NCBI GenBank assembly: GCA_902509555.1
Contig: CABWYS010000001.1
Coordinates: 28,795-92,794, forward strand
Source: an uncultured SAR86 cluster bacterium
GTDB lineage: Bacteria; Pseudomonadota; Gammaproteobacteria; Magnimaribacterales; D2472
DNA: 64,000 nucleotides
Direction: 5' to 3'
A model generated the notes under the pieces. That model saw nothing but the letters and a program-made list of their open reading frames with translations. It was not told where the DNA came from and did no database searches. Position numbers and translations under genes: made by a program. Each line of letters starts with the position of its first letter. Within the stretch, counting starts at the first letter, position 1. This document shows, piece after piece, positions 1-11,425 of this stretch.

Positions 1-85
1 GTAATGATTGGACAAGTTTTGATCCCAGCCTATCCCCTGAGTGTTCGGCAGCAATGATGCCTACTTTTATCTTCTTTTTTGACAC
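1..85 (-). CDS. lpxB: Lipid-A-disaccharide synthase, 5' part only (runs off the window)
   Basis: Manual translation from GTG at 85 gives VSKKKIKVGIIAAEHSGDRLGSKLVQSL, matching the LpxB N-terminal AGExSGDxLG motif; directly follows lpxA. Confidence 0.85.
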   Translation of the reverse strand, partial: MSKKKIKVGIIAAEHSGDRLGSKLVQSL

Positions 86-853
86 CTATCGAAGTAAGCC
101 TCTTTCAGATCTTTCAACTGAAGAAATAAAGGTTGTAAGCGCTTGATTATGATCTTTATTCAATGCATGCAAGTGTTTAATTGCATCATCGAGAGAATAA
201 CCTTTTCGATAGATAATTCTGTAGGCTTTTTTTACCAAGTTTACTGAATCAGTATCAAAATTATTTCGCTGCATTCCAATGGTATTCAAGCCTATTGGCC
301 TCGCTGGATTAGCGGCAACTTTTACAAATGCAGGCACATCCATGGTAATTAATGTATTCAAACCTGTAAAAGAATAATCTCCTAATGAGCAAAATTGATG
401 AACCAAGGTAACAGCTCCAAGAATTACATTATTTCCAACCGTGACATGCCCAGCCAAACCAGCAGTATTTGCAAATACGTTATGATTACCAACCACGCAA
501 TCATGGGCAATATGTGAATAAGCCATAAATAAATTTTCATCGCCTATAACCGTTTTAGACTTATCCTGAACAGTCCCACGATGAACTGTGACACCCTCTC
601 GAAAAATATTATTTTTACCAACCTCTAAGGTAGTAGCTTCACCATTGTATTTTTTATCAGGAGTGTCCTCACCAATAGTAGAGAATTGATAAAAGATATT
701 ACCAGCCTTAATCTTAGTTGGTCCCTTGATAACAACGTGAGAGTGTAGAATGCAATCTGGGCCTATTTCTACATCAGGTCCTATAACGCAAAAGGGACCA
801 ATTTTGGCAGATTGATCAATTTTTGAAGAAGGGTCTATAACTGAATTAGTCAT
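86..853 (-). CDS. lpxA: UDP-N-acetylglucosamine O-acyltransferase
   Basis: Hexapeptide repeats; HRGT, HIAHDC and HQF motifs; position after fabZ. Confidence 0.97.
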   Translation of the reverse strand: MTNSVIDPSSKIDQSAKIGPFCVIGPDVEIGPDCILHSHVVIKGPTKIKAGNIFYQFSTIGEDTPDKKYNGEATTLEVGKNNIFREGVTVHRGTVQDKSKTVIGDENLFMAYSHIAHDCVVGNHNVFANTAGLAGHVTVGNNVILGAVTLVHQFCSLGDYSFTGLNTLITMDVPAFVKVAANPARPIGLNTIGMQRNNFDTDSVNLVKKAYRIIYRKGYSLDDAIKHLHALNKDHNQALTTFISSVERSERGLLR

Positions 854-855
854 AC

Positions 856-1296
856 TTACTTAGGTCGGTCTGCACAAAGTATCGTTGCCTCACAAACATT
901 TTTTCCGTCTACTTCAGCCTTACAATCAAATTTCCAAATCCCTCTTTTTTCAGATCGAATACTTGCATATAAATTAATAACTTCACCAGGACTTACTGGA
1001 TTTTTAAATCTCACTTTATCAGCACCAGCAAAATAATAAATGCTTCCCTCTTCCGGGGTCTTGTTCATAGTCATAAATCCTAAAATACCAGCAGCTTGAG
1101 CAAGAGCCTCAATAATTAAAACTCCAGGCATGACTGGCTTATTAGGAAAATGGCCATTAAAAAAATCTTCATTAATTGAAACATTCTTTTGCGCATGAAT
1201 ACTCTTACCCAATTCAACCGAAACAATTTTATCCACAAATAAGAAAGGATATCGGTGAGGTAAGTGTTTTAATATGTCTGAAAATTCATAGCTCAT
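856..1296 (-). CDS. fabZ: 3-hydroxyacyl-ACP dehydratase
   Basis: [11 protein letters not shown] and [21 protein letters not shown] motifs. Confidence 0.98.
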   Translation of the reverse strand: MSYEFSDILKHLPHRYPFLFVDKIVSVELGKSIHAQKNVSINEDFFNGHFPNKPVMPGVLIIEALAQAAGILGFMTMNKTPEEGSIYYFAGADKVRFKNPVSPGEVINLYASIRSEKRGIWKFDCKAEVDGKNVCEATILCADRPK

Positions 1297-2225
1297 TTTG
1301 ATTGCCTTTGCTTGATAAAGACCGAAGATTTAGCCCAATCTTTTTGCTCCTGTGCTGGCATTATACCGACATAATTTCCAGGCTTATCAATACTTTTAGT
1401 AATAAGGGTATGAGCGCCAATTAGAACATTATCAGCGATGTTTAAATGACCAAGGATTCCAGATAAACCACCCATTTGAAGGTTTTTTCCTATAGTGGTT
1501 GAGCCTGCTATTGCGCAAGATGCTGCAATTGCAGAGCTCTCACCCAAAATCACATTATGAGCAATATGCACTTGATTATCTAATTTAACTCCATTGTGGA
1601 TTTCGGTATTGTCTATAGCTCCTCGATCAATAGTGCACCCCGCTCCAACTTCCACATTGTCACCAATTATTAACTTACCTAATTGCTCAATTTTGATGTA
1701 TCCATCCTTTTGAGGAGCATACCCAAAGCCATCAGAACCTAGTATTGAATTAAAATGAATGATGGTATTTTGTCCTATTTCAACATTCATTACCAAAGAA
1801 GAGTTTGCATGCACAATGGAATTTCTACCTATTTTACATTCCGGACCTATGTAGACATTGGGACCAATTATCACAGAATCGTGCACTTCGGCTGTTTCAT
1901 GAACAAAGTAAGAAATAGATTTATCGGAGTATGGGTTGCGATGCTTTATAAACATTGAAGAAATTATCGCGTACGCAGCATATGGATCTTCAGCAATAAT
2001 CCCAGGAGTTTCAAGCCGCATAGATAACTCAGGGCTTACAATAATTGCAGAGGCAGATGATTCTTTAAGAAATTTTTTGTATTTAGGATTAGCTAAAAAA
2101 GAAATGCATCCAGAGGATGCATTTTGAATTGTGGCTATAGAGCTGATGACTAGGTCCGGATCGCCAACCAGCTCACCTTTAACTTTATCAGCTAAGTCTT
2201 TAAGGCTATACGATGGCCCAGACAA
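1293..2225 (-). CDS. lpxD: UDP-3-O-(3-hydroxyacyl)glucosamine N-acyltransferase
   Basis: [14 protein letters not shown] and [12 protein letters not shown] motifs; TTG start. Confidence 0.97.
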   Translation of the reverse strand: MSGPSYSLKDLADKVKGELVGDPDLVISSIATIQNASSGCISFLANPKYKKFLKESSASAIIVSPELSMRLETPGIIAEDPYAAYAIISSMFIKHRNPYSDKSISYFVHETAEVHDSVIIGPNVYIGPECKIGRNSIVHANSSLVMNVEIGQNTIIHFNSILGSDGFGYAPQKDGYIKIEQLGKLIIGDNVEVGAGCTIDRGAIDNTEIHNGVKLDNQVHIAHNVILGESSAIAASCAIAGSTTIGKNLQMGGLSGILGHLNIADNVLIGAHTLITKSIDKPGNYVGIMPAQEQKDWAKSSVFIKQRQSK

Positions 2226-2227
2226 AC

Positions 2228-2761
2228 TTAATTGCTGTCTTCGCCATTCGCCGCAGCGACATCAAGCATTGATGTTACATCATCAGTAAGATCTAGAGCC
2301 GTGTCAGCAAATAAAACATTCTCTCTTCCAAGAAGCAACTTAACCTCTTTAGCAGCAATTAATTCAGAAAGAATTTTTTGAAGAGAGGGATTTAGATCTC
2401 TAAATACTTTGTCGGCAGTTTCACTTTGTTTTGCTTGAACTTTTCCGACAATAAACTCTATGTCTTTACCTTTTTCTTGAATATCTCTTTGCATATCAGC
2501 AATTTCTTCCTGCGAAAGAGTTTCAGCATCTTTTTGGAGTTTTTCAGCAATGGCCTGACGCTCAGATTGTAATAAAGTAGCTCTTTCAATATTAGCCGCA
2601 TACTCAGTTTCTTCTTCTAAAGCCTTGAAAGCATCTTGAGCAACTTGAGTAGCTAACACAGCATTACGCATATCAATCACAGCGATACCCTCTGCAGCAA
2701 AAGCTGGGATGGCTGCAAGCAATGATGCAATTAATAATGGTACAAATAATAATTTTTTCAT
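2228..2761 (-). CDS. skp: OmpH/Skp periplasmic outer-membrane-protein chaperone
   Basis: Signal peptide, IAVID start, coiled-coil body, DLTDDV end; lies between bamA and lpxD. Confidence 0.92.
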   Translation of the reverse strand: MKKLLFVPLLIASLLAAIPAFAAEGIAVIDMRNAVLATQVAQDAFKALEEETEYAANIERATLLQSERQAIAEKLQKDAETLSQEEIADMQRDIQEKGKDIEFIVGKVQAKQSETADKVFRDLNPSLQKILSELIAAKEVKLLLGRENVLFADTALDLTDDVTSMLDVAAANGEDSN

Positions 2762-2830
2762 CTTTAACCCCTTACCCTTAAATGGTTGTTACATTTTATA
2801 TCAATTGAAATAAAAAACACTAACTAATCT

Positions 2831-5242
2831 CTAAAACACTTGTCCGATGGTGAACTGGAATTCTTCGGTCCTATCAAACGGTCCATCGTTAAATGGCTGA
2901 GAAAAACTAAAGCTCATTGGGCCAAAGCCTGTTATCCAAGTTACTCCAACCCCAATTGAATATCTTAAATCTTCGATAGATGGCTCAAAGCAATTAATCT
3001 GGTATTCCTGACAATCTGTAGAGAAAACATTACCGAAATCTAAAAAGAATGCAGATCGCATAGATCTTTGGTCTTCGATCATTGGAAGTTTGAAGATGAG
3101 CTGAAGACTACCTTCAACTAAGAAGTTCCCTCCAATTGGGTCTCTTAGCTGCTGAAAACCATAAGGATTTTGAGCAATGGAATCTGGGACTCCATCACCA
3201 TCGGTATCAATAATTAATGGGCACTCCCCCGTTTTTGCATCGAATTCGTAGCACGGTGATGGCGTCACCCTAGGTCCCAAAGTATTAGACTCAAAGCCTC
3301 TTAATGAACGAGGGCCTCCTGAGTAAAAATTTTCAAAGAAAGGAGTTTTCTCAGTGTCTCCGTATGCTGCGGTGTATCCCAATTCTCCATCAAATCCAAA
3401 AACAAGATTAGCAAAGCCTAAAGGGCGATAAAATTTTTGTCGTATATTTGTTTTAAAATAAGTGAGGTCACTGCCAGGAATGGTAGCTTGGAGCATGATG
3501 TCTGTTGAAGAGCCATAGGTAGGAAACATACCTCTATTTAAAGTAATTCTTGACCAAACAACTTGAGCTTTAAAAACATCAAATACTGTTCCTTCCGATG
3601 CAAGAAAATCTGCTATCTCTCTTGATGGGAGAGAGCCCGGATCAATATCGGTATTATCAAAATTAAGATTTAACCCTATTCTTTGGGTGTCACTTATAGG
3701 ATAACCAAACTGGACACCCCCACCCATAGAGTTTGTTAGATAGTTTGCAACGTTATATTCACCATAATCAGTCACCCTATAATAGATACTATATCCCCTA
3801 CTAACACCGTCCATTGTGAAATAGGGATCAAAGAATGATACGTTATAGGCTTCTTGATAAACACTTTTGTTGATGCCTAAATTAAACCTATTACCAGAAC
3901 CAAGATAATTATTATCTGATAGATTTAAACCTAAATTCATCCCAAAATCACTGTAGCCAATCGAACCTCCAATGCTTGAAGTGCTCTCTTCCTCAACAGT
4001 AAACTCAATATCAACTTGATCTTCTGTGCCTGGTACTGGGATTGTTTCTACATTAACTTCTTTAAAGAAACCCAGTCTTTCTAAGCGAACTTTCGATCCT
4101 TCAATTAAATTATCGGAAGCCCAAGCCCCCTCAAACTGGCGCATCTCTCTTCGCAGAACTTCATCATTTGTTAAATAGTTGCCTGCAAATAAAATCTTTC
4201 TTGCATAAGTTCGACTTCCAGGTTGAACAAGGAAAAAGAGAGATACAGTATTATCATCTTGGCTAATTTCAGGATTTCCAGTGACCTCAGCAAACGTATA
4301 GCCTTCATTACCCAAGAGATTAACAAAATATTCTTCAATTTGAGTTATTTGTGCTTGAGAGTAAATTTGATCTTTTTGACTATCAATCACAGGTGTATAC
4401 ATTTGCTCATTTAAGGGCATGTCACCTATAACAGTTACTTCGTCAATTGTGTATTGCTCCCCTTCAGTAATACTTAAGGTAATGAAAATATCCTTTTTAT
4501 CTTTTGAAACAGAAACTTGTGAAGATTCGATAGAAAATTTTAAATATCCTCTATCGAGATAAAAAGATTCTAAATTTTCTATGTCGCCTTGTAATTTTTC
4601 TTTTGAGTATTTATTTTTATTCGAGAGAAAGGAGTACCACTTACCCTCCTTAAGCTCAAAACCGGTCATCAAATCTTCATCAGAAAAAAGTTCATTGCCG
4701 ATGATATTAACTTTTTTTATTTTAGCGCTTTCACCCTCATCAATGATGATCTTTAGCTCAATGGTATTTCTTGGCTTGTCAACGGTCTCAATCTCTACAT
4801 TTGCACCATATCTGCCTTGCGAAGCATACTGTCTGACCAGCTCACTCTTCATACCATTTAGAGTAGAGCGCTTATATACTTGGCCTTCTGCAATGCCAGC
4901 ACCCTCAAGCCCTTTTAACAAATCCTCTGATTTTAATGCTTTGTTGCCCTCTAGCTCAATCGCAGAAATAGATGGTCTTTCCAAGACACTGATAATTAAG
5001 GCGTTTCCATCTTTACCGATTTGAATATCATTAAATTGAGCAGTTGCAAATAATGCTCTGGAGATTTCAGAAACTTTTCCTTGATTCATAGTGTCACCAA
5101 CATTCACTGGGATAGCAGTGAAGATGCTGCCAATAGAGACTCTTTGCAAGCCAACTATCCTTATATCGGTGATCAAAAACTCATCAAACGCAGTAGCTGA
5201 AAATGATATGAAAGCAAGAAGGTACAGCGCTATTTTTTTCAT
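2831..5242 (-). CDS. bamA: Outer membrane protein assembly factor BamA
   Basis: Signal peptide, POTRA domains (DIRIVGLQRV), LRGF motif, C-terminal FQFTIGQVF. Confidence 0.98.
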   Translation of the reverse strand: MKKIALYLLAFISFSATAFDEFLITDIRIVGLQRVSIGSIFTAIPVNVGDTMNQGKVSEISRALFATAQFNDIQIGKDGNALIISVLERPSISAIELEGNKALKSEDLLKGLEGAGIAEGQVYKRSTLNGMKSELVRQYASQGRYGANVEIETVDKPRNTIELKIIIDEGESAKIKKVNIIGNELFSDEDLMTGFELKEGKWYSFLSNKNKYSKEKLQGDIENLESFYLDRGYLKFSIESSQVSVSKDKKDIFITLSITEGEQYTIDEVTVIGDMPLNEQMYTPVIDSQKDQIYSQAQITQIEEYFVNLLGNEGYTFAEVTGNPEISQDDNTVSLFFLVQPGSRTYARKILFAGNYLTNDEVLRREMRQFEGAWASDNLIEGSKVRLERLGFFKEVNVETIPVPGTEDQVDIEFTVEEESTSSIGGSIGYSDFGMNLGLNLSDNNYLGSGNRFNLGINKSVYQEAYNVSFFDPYFTMDGVSRGYSIYYRVTDYGEYNVANYLTNSMGGGVQFGYPISDTQRIGLNLNFDNTDIDPGSLPSREIADFLASEGTVFDVFKAQVVWSRITLNRGMFPTYGSSTDIMLQATIPGSDLTYFKTNIRQKFYRPLGFANLVFGFDGELGYTAAYGDTEKTPFFENFYSGGPRSLRGFESNTLGPRVTPSPCYEFDAKTGECPLIIDTDGDGVPDSIAQNPYGFQQLRDPIGGNFLVEGSLQLIFKLPMIEDQRSMRSAFFLDFGNVFSTDCQEYQINCFEPSIEDLRYSIGVGVTWITGFGPMSFSFSQPFNDGPFDRTEEFQFTIGQVF

Positions 5243-5250
5243 TTGAAAGA

Positions 5251-6594
5251 TTACAAAAATTTAGAGATATCGTTAAATACAGCAAAGATCATAAGAAATC
5301 CAACTGCCACCCAGCCTGACATATAAAATAGATTTTCCATCTTTTCCGGCATAGGTGAACCTCGAACAGCCTCAATGCCCAGCATAACAAGTTGGCCGCC
5401 ATCTAGAACTGGAATTGGCAATAGGTTTAATACTCCCAAACTAATACTTAACAGAGCCATTAGATATAAAAATGGCATGAAACCAGCTTTAGCAGTATCT
5501 CCAGCCATCTGAACAATACCAATTGGACCACTAAGATTTTGCGTGCCTAAATCTCTGGTAATCATTTTGCCAACAAAGGTTAATGTTTTAATGCTCAGGT
5601 TATATGTTTCATAGGCTCCTTTTGAAAGAGAGTCAAAAAAGGATCTTTTTAAGCCAGGCATTATGCCTATATATTTTTCTTCGTTACCGTCAGCATTTGT
5701 TCTGGTGCTCAGCGGTATATTTAAGTATAAAGTTTGCTCAGCTCTAAGAATCTTTAAATCTAAATCTGAGCCCTGATAGTCTTGTAAAAATACTCTTAGA
5801 TCCTCAAATGACTTAATAGACTGACTGTTCACGGCCAAAATACGATCATTAATCATTAATCCACTTTTGGCAGCTTCTGAATCTTTTGCGATCACACCTA
5901 CAGTAGGTTGTAATTTCATGGATAAGTCAAAACCCATAAAATTTTCTGGTGCATTTTGCTCGTCTGGATTTGAAAGATAATTTTCTACAGGAACAGATAC
6001 AGTATATTCAGATGCGCGTGAGCCAGTGATAAAATTAAAATTAATCATTCCATTGGTTCCTGATAATGAAAGCAACTCTAGCCTAATATCCTGAAGGCTA
6101 GAAACTTGTTTTTCATTAATAGAAATAAGTATATCCCCCGCCTTGAGCGAAGAATTGCTCTGAAGGTATTGAGAGGAAATATTAGATACCTCGGGGATAA
6201 ATTGACGCTCAACAGAATTAACAAAGATTGCAGATAAAATGCCTATAGCAAGTATAAAATTTGCAACTGGGCCTGCCAGCATAACGAGTGCCCTTTGCCA
6301 CTTCGGCTTGCTTTCAAAAGTATTCTCATTTTGCTCATCAGTTAATGGTTGCTGGAGTTCCAATTCCTCTAATGCCGCTTTCTCTGTATGAAATGCTACA
6401 TATCCGCCCAATGGAAGTGCAGATAGAGCAAATTCAGTGCCATGCTTATCGAGTTTTTTATAGATAACAGGACCCATACCCATTGAGAAGCGATAGATAT
6501 GAATGTTACACATCCTTCCAACAATAAAATGCCCAAATTCATGTATGGCAATGAGAACGCCTAGTAATACTATTGCTGAAAGTAGATAAATCAT
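5251..6594 (-). CDS. rseP: Intramembrane metalloprotease RseP
   Basis: HEFGH zinc motif, NLLPIPVLDGG, PDZ region. Confidence 0.97.
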   Translation of the reverse strand: MIYLLSAIVLLGVLIAIHEFGHFIVGRMCNIHIYRFSMGMGPVIYKKLDKHGTEFALSALPLGGYVAFHTEKAALEELELQQPLTDEQNENTFESKPKWQRALVMLAGPVANFILAIGILSAIFVNSVERQFIPEVSNISSQYLQSNSSLKAGDILISINEKQVSSLQDIRLELLSLSGTNGMINFNFITGSRASEYTVSVPVENYLSNPDEQNAPENFMGFDLSMKLQPTVGVIAKDSEAAKSGLMINDRILAVNSQSIKSFEDLRVFLQDYQGSDLDLKILRAEQTLYLNIPLSTRTNADGNEEKYIGIMPGLKRSFFDSLSKGAYETYNLSIKTLTFVGKMITRDLGTQNLSGPIGIVQMAGDTAKAGFMPFLYLMALLSISLGVLNLLPIPVLDGGQLVMLGIEAVRGSPMPEKMENLFYMSGWVAVGFLMIFAVFNDISKFL

Positions 6595-6607
6595 GTTATT
6601 GAAAAAT

Positions 6608-7759
6608 TTAGTGTAGAGATTTTATCACCTTCTCTGCTTGAATGCGTGCTTGTTTATCATAATCAAATATATCGTCTAAAGTGTTCACCTTAGAACATGA
6701 AAAGTGATTAAAAGTTCGTTGAATAACTTGATATATATCAACAAAATCAATCTTTTTAGTCAGGAAGGCATCTACCGCAATCTCATTGGAAGCATTGAAA
6801 ATAACCCCTAGGTTTCCTTTCTTATTGCAGACTTCTCTAGCCATCTCAAAAATGACATCTCTTCCATCTAAAATTGGCTCAAATGATAAATTTAATCCAG
6901 GAAAATCAATTGCTTCAAAATTAATGGATAGCCTTTGATCCAAGCCTAGCGCATTTGCAATTGGTACTTCCATATTTGGATTACTCATCTGAGCTATGGT
7001 AGACCCATCAATAAATGTAACCATTGAATGAATAATACTTTGAGGGTGAACCACAATCTCAATCTGAGATTCAGGAATTTGGAAAAGATAATGAGCTTCA
7101 ATTAATTCTAAACATTTATTAACTAAGGTTGCGGAATCAATCGTAATTTTGGTGCCCATACTCCAGGTAGGATGTTTTAAGGCATCTTGTAATGTCACCC
7201 CACTTAACTCCTTAAATGTCTTTTCCCTAAATGGACCTCCTGACGCAGTGATCATAATTTTAGAAATTTCTTTTAAATCTCTATGCGGAGGAAAACATTG
7301 ATAGATAGCATTATGCTCACTGTCAACTGGAATAATTTCTGAATTTTTGGTTTGAGCAAGCGGCATTAAAATATCACCAGCGGCAACTATGCTTTCTTTG
7401 TTTGCGATAAGAATAGTTTTACCAGCGTCAATAGCAAAATAACTTGCTTTCAAACCAGCAAATCCTGAGATTGCTGAAATTACGATGTCAACGCTTGGAT
7501 CTTGAATCAGCGCTTGTAATTCGTTTTCAGTATTGAGAATATTTGAATGTGATTGCAACAAACCATGTGATTTATCAAGATGAGATTCAGCTATGAAAAT
7601 ATGTTCTGGACTAAACTCTTTTGCTATTTGTTGAGCCTTATCAAGGTTGCCTCCAAGTCCAATACCAAATAAATGAAAATGTTCTTTATTTTGCCTTATT
7701 ACATTTAGACAGCTATCTCCAATGCTGCCCGTTGCTCCCAATAAAACAATATTCTTCAT
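6608..7759 (-). CDS. dxr: 1-deoxy-D-xylulose-5-phosphate reductoisomerase (MEP pathway)
   Basis: LGATGSIG, ANKES, PVDSEH, HPTWSMG.KITIDSAT motifs. Confidence 0.98.
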   Translation of the reverse strand: MKNIVLLGATGSIGDSCLNVIRQNKEHFHLFGIGLGGNLDKAQQIAKEFSPEHIFIAESHLDKSHGLLQSHSNILNTENELQALIQDPSVDIVISAISGFAGLKASYFAIDAGKTILIANKESIVAAGDILMPLAQTKNSEIIPVDSEHNAIYQCFPPHRDLKEISKIMITASGGPFREKTFKELSGVTLQDALKHPTWSMGTKITIDSATLVNKCLELIEAHYLFQIPESQIEIVVHPQSIIHSMVTFIDGSTIAQMSNPNMEVPIANALGLDQRLSINFEAIDFPGLNLSFEPILDGRDVIFEMAREVCNKKGNLGVIFNASNEIAVDAFLTKKIDFVDIYQVIQRTFNHFSCSKVNTLDDIFDYDKQARIQAEKVIKSLH

Positions 7760-8568
7760 GCCATTAATTTAGTTAATACAATAAAAATTGGCACAACGGC
7801 AATATGTGAATCTAAACGATCCCAAATACCTCCATGCCCAGGAATTAATGATCCACTATCTTTTAAAGACTTATCTCTTTTGAGCTGACTTTCAAAATAG
7901 TCGCCAATAAATGCAAAAGGTAGGCTAATTAATGAAGCTACTACTAAATCAAATGAAATTAAGTTGTAGAAATATATTACTGATACAAAGATTGCGGCAA
8001 ATCCAATCCCACCCAACAAACCTTCGATGGTTTTGTTTGGACTAATTTCTGGAAATAGTGGAGTTTTACCAATGCTGCTGCCAACTAGATAGGCCCCAAC
8101 ATCAGCTAAAACAGTATTAAATAAGATTACAAAAAGTACAAAAAATTTATTTATATTATTAAATTCTGAAAATGCTATTAAATATATGAGGCCATACACA
8201 AAGCCAAGCACCAATAAAAACCCCAAATAGTTATTATTAAAACTGAAAAATGTTGAACTTTTATTTGTTATCAAATAAAAGCCGTATATAAACCAGAAAC
8301 TTGAGATGATCAAAAGAAAGAAATCTATAAAGCCTTTTGTATAGAAGATAGAGAATAGAACAAGGGTTACAAAAAATATGATTTGCTTTAAATCTATTTT
8401 TAACTCAGATAGCATAAGCCATTCTTTGATCAACAGAAATCCAGCAGCCATTACAAGGGTCAAAATAAGGAAAATATTTTGTAAGTATAGGACTCCAAAT
8501 ATACAGAAAACTAAACTTAATGCAGCGGGTAATCTTTGAAGAATATTTTTATAAAGTTCGTTTGCCAA
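7756..8568 (-). CDS. cdsA: Phosphatidate cytidylyltransferase
   Basis: Hydrophobic; SPNKTIEG and KDSGSLIPGHGGIWDRLDS motifs. Confidence 0.96.
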   Translation of the reverse strand: MANELYKNILQRLPAALSLVFCIFGVLYLQNIFLILTLVMAAGFLLIKEWLMLSELKIDLKQIIFFVTLVLFSIFYTKGFIDFFLLIISSFWFIYGFYLITNKSSTFFSFNNNYLGFLLVLGFVYGLIYLIAFSEFNNINKFFVLFVILFNTVLADVGAYLVGSSIGKTPLFPEISPNKTIEGLLGGIGFAAIFVSVIYFYNLISFDLVVASLISLPFAFIGDYFESQLKRDKSLKDSGSLIPGHGGIWDRLDSHIAVVPIFIVLTKLMA

Positions 8569-9280
8569 AACGCCTCTCCGTATTTGAAAATGCTTCTAAG
8601 CACTTTATAAATTCCTCCTCCGTAAAATCTGGCCAGAGTGTGTTTGTAAATTGAATCTCAGTATAAGCTAAATGATATAACAAGAAATTACTTATTCGGT
8701 GATCTCCACCAGTTCTAATTAATAAATCTAGTTCATTAATAGGCGCTTTTAGGTATCTGAAAAAAATCTCATTAGAAATATCTTCTTCAGAAAGTTTTTC
8801 TGATTTAATATCGCTTGCGATTAATTTTGTTGCTTCAATTATATCTGCACGGCCTCCATACCCAAGTGCAATATTTAATTTAAGCCTTGGATCTTGAAAT
8901 GCAGTCGCTCTTTCAGCTTCTTCGATCGCACCAACAACATCATCACCAAAAGAGGAATAGTCTCCAAAAAAATTTAATCTTACCGCTTGATTAACTAATT
9001 CTGGAACTTGGGAATCTATCGCGCTAATAATCAGTTTTTTAATTCCAAGAATTTCTTTTTTAGGACGCGACCAGTTTTCAGTACTAAAGGCATATAAACT
9101 GAGAGACTCTAACTGAGCTTTTGCCGCAGACTCAACAATTTTTCTAACAACATCAACACCTTTTTCATGTCCCGAAGTAACATTCAAAGTATTCTTTTTG
9201 GCCCATCTGCCGTTGCCATCCATGATAATTGCAGCATTAATCCCTGGAAGGTTGAGTGATGATTGCTTCTTTTCTGCCAT
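8549..9280 (-). CDS. uppS: Undecaprenyl diphosphate synthase
   Basis: IIMDGNGRWA, FSTENWSRP, LIRTGGDHRISNFLL motifs. Confidence 0.97.
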   Translation of the reverse strand: MAEKKQSSLNLPGINAAIIMDGNGRWAKKNTLNVTSGHEKGVDVVRKIVESAAKAQLESLSLYAFSTENWSRPKKEILGIKKLIISAIDSQVPELVNQAVRLNFFGDYSSFGDDVVGAIEEAERATAFQDPRLKLNIALGYGGRADIIEATKLIASDIKSEKLSEEDISNEIFFRYLKAPINELDLLIRTGGDHRISNFLLYHLAYTEIQFTNTLWPDFTEEEFIKCLEAFSNTERRFGKRTL

Positions 9281-9300
9281 TCTGGCTGGATATGAAATAA

Positions 9301-9855
9301 CTAAATTTCTATTAAATCTTCTTCTTTTTGTTTTAGCTCTGCGTCAACAAGGCCAATAAAATGATCAGTTTCCTTTTGAACTAGATCTTCGATCCGCTTG
9401 AGATCATCCTCAGAAAAATCTCCAGCTTTTTGTTGATCTTTTGCAGTGTTGTTTGCATCCCTTCGAGTATTTCTTATAGAAATTCTAGAATTCTCAGCTT
9501 CATTTCTTGCTTGTTTGATGTACTCTTGACGAGTCTCTTCTGTTAAAGCAGGCATTGTTAGCCTAATCAAATCACCACTTGTGCTTGGGTTTAAACCTAA
9601 ATCGGATGCCATAATTGCTTTTTCTATTTCTCCAATAAGAGATTTATCCCACGGAGAAATAGCCAAAGTTCTTCCTTCCTCTACAGAAATATTTGCAGCT
9701 TGATTGATTGGAGTGGGATTTCCGTAATAATCAATTCTAACAGAATCAAGAATGCTGGGATTGGCTCTACCTGTTCTAATTTTATTAAATTCATGAGCTA
9801 GTGAATCAATAGCTTTCTGCATCTTAGGTTTAATTTGATTAATAATTTCGTTCAT
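9301..9855 (-). CDS. frr: Ribosome recycling factor
   Basis: IRTGRANP and RNTRRDAN motifs; synteny. Confidence 0.98.
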   Translation of the reverse strand: MNEIINQIKPKMQKAIDSLAHEFNKIRTGRANPSILDSVRIDYYGNPTPINQAANISVEEGRTLAISPWDKSLIGEIEKAIMASDLGLNPSTSGDLIRLTMPALTEETRQEYIKQARNEAENSRISIRNTRRDANNTAKDQQKAGDFSEDDLKRIEDLVQKETDHFIGLVDAELKQKEEDLIEI

Positions 9856-9857
9856 AA

Positions 9858-10571
9858 CTATGATATTAATGTTCCAATTTCCTCACCGCAAGCAATTCTT
9901 TTCAAAGCATCTAGATGATTTAAGTTAAATACTTTCAAGGGTAGATTGTGATCTCTAGCTAGAGTTAGAGCCGTTGCATCCATAACTTTGAGGTTTTTTT
10001 GAATTGCTTCATCAAAAGAAAGGGATGGATAAAATGTAGCATTTGAATCTTTTTCAGGATCAGCAGAATATACTCCATCAACCCTAGTTGCTTTCAACAT
10101 AATGTCTGCTTCTGTTTCAATAGCTCTGAGACACCCTGCACTATCGGTGGTAAAAAATGGATTACCGGTTCCAGCTGTGAAAATAACAACGAAATCGTTA
10201 GATAGAAGTTGAATTGCTAGCCGTCTGTCATAATGCTCTGCAACACCAGACATTGAAATGGCTGACATAACTCTAGTCTGGACTCCCGCCCTTTCTAAAG
10301 CATCTCTTAAAGCAATACCATTCATAACAGTTGCTAGCATACCCATATGATCACCAGCGACTCTATCCATTCCGGCTTTACTTAATTTTTCACCCCGAAA
10401 AAGATTCCCTCCTCCTATGACAATTCCAATCTGCGCTCCAAGCTCTTTGCAATCTTTAACAGATTGAGCCATTTGGTCTAGTATTTTAGGATCTATTCCA
10501 TGATCATCATCTCCAGCAACAGCCTCTCCGCTAAATTTTACGAGAAGGCGCTTATAGGAGAGTGATGTCAT
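9858..10571 (-). CDS. pyrH: UMP kinase
   Basis: [25 protein letters not shown] motifs. Confidence 0.98.
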   Translation of the reverse strand: MTSLSYKRLLVKFSGEAVAGDDDHGIDPKILDQMAQSVKDCKELGAQIGIVIGGGNLFRGEKLSKAGMDRVAGDHMGMLATVMNGIALRDALERAGVQTRVMSAISMSGVAEHYDRRLAIQLLSNDFVVIFTAGTGNPFFTTDSAGCLRAIETEADIMLKATRVDGVYSADPEKDSNATFYPSLSFDEAIQKNLKVMDATALTLARDHNLPLKVFNLNHLDALKRIACGEEIGTLIS

Positions 10572-11425
10572 TGTTGGAGTTGTTCAGCTACCTCTGCTGC
10601 AAAATCTTTAACCTCAACCTCTATCCCTTCACCAACTTTAAAGCGAGCAAAAGATATAATTGATGTGCTGTTTTCTTTTAATAATTCTTCGATTGATTGA
10701 TCTGGATTTTTTACAAAGCCTTGAGAAACTAAGGTAACCTCAGACAGAAATCTCTTAACCTTGCCTTCTACCATTTTTTCCATAATGGATGCGTCTTTTC
10801 CAGATTCCTCTGCTTGGGCTAAAAATATTGATCTTTCTCTTTCAAGCAGCTCAGGATCAATATCCTCTGATTGCAAGCAGCTCGGATTTGTTGCAGATAC
10901 ATGCATAGCTAAATCTTTTGCCAATTCTTTATTATCTGAATCAATAGAAACTAAAGCGGCCAACCTTCCGTCTGAATGAACGTATGACCCAATACAACCA
11001 CCAGATGGAACTTCAAGCGTTTCAAGTCTTCTTAACTGGATATTCTCTCCAATAGACTGAATTAATGATTGCCTCTTCTCTTCAAATGCCGAGTTCAAAT
11101 CAGCAATATCATTTACTTGATTGCTAGCAAGATGCTCAGCAATATCATTGGCAAAATCCTTGAACTGAGAATCTTTAGCAGCAAAATCTGTTTCTGAATT
11201 AATTTCTACAAGACTGGTGTATTCAGAATTCTCTGCAATCTTTACCTCGCCATCAGCAGCAACTCTTGAAGCTTTTTTCTCGGCCTTTAGTGAGCTATTT
11301 GCTCTCAGAAGATCTACAGCCATTTCTAGATCACCATCTGTTTCAACAAGTGCCTTTTTGCATTCCATCATGCCTACGCCAGTCATCTCTCTTAGTTCTT
11401 TAACTTGGGTTGCAGTAATGCTCAT
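10568..11425 (-). CDS. tsf: Elongation factor Ts
   Basis: [19 protein letters not shown] and NSETDFAA motifs. Confidence 0.98.
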   Translation of the reverse strand: MSITATQVKELREMTGVGMMECKKALVETDGDLEMAVDLLRANSSLKAEKKASRVAADGEVKIAENSEYTSLVEINSETDFAAKDSQFKDFANDIAEHLASNQVNDIADLNSAFEEKRQSLIQSIGENIQLRRLETLEVPSGGCIGSYVHSDGRLAALVSIDSDNKELAKDLAMHVSATNPSCLQSEDIDPELLERERSIFLAQAEESGKDASIMEKMVEGKVKRFLSEVTLVSQGFVKNPDQSIEELLKENSTSIISFARFKVGEGIEVEVKDFAAEVAEQLQQ

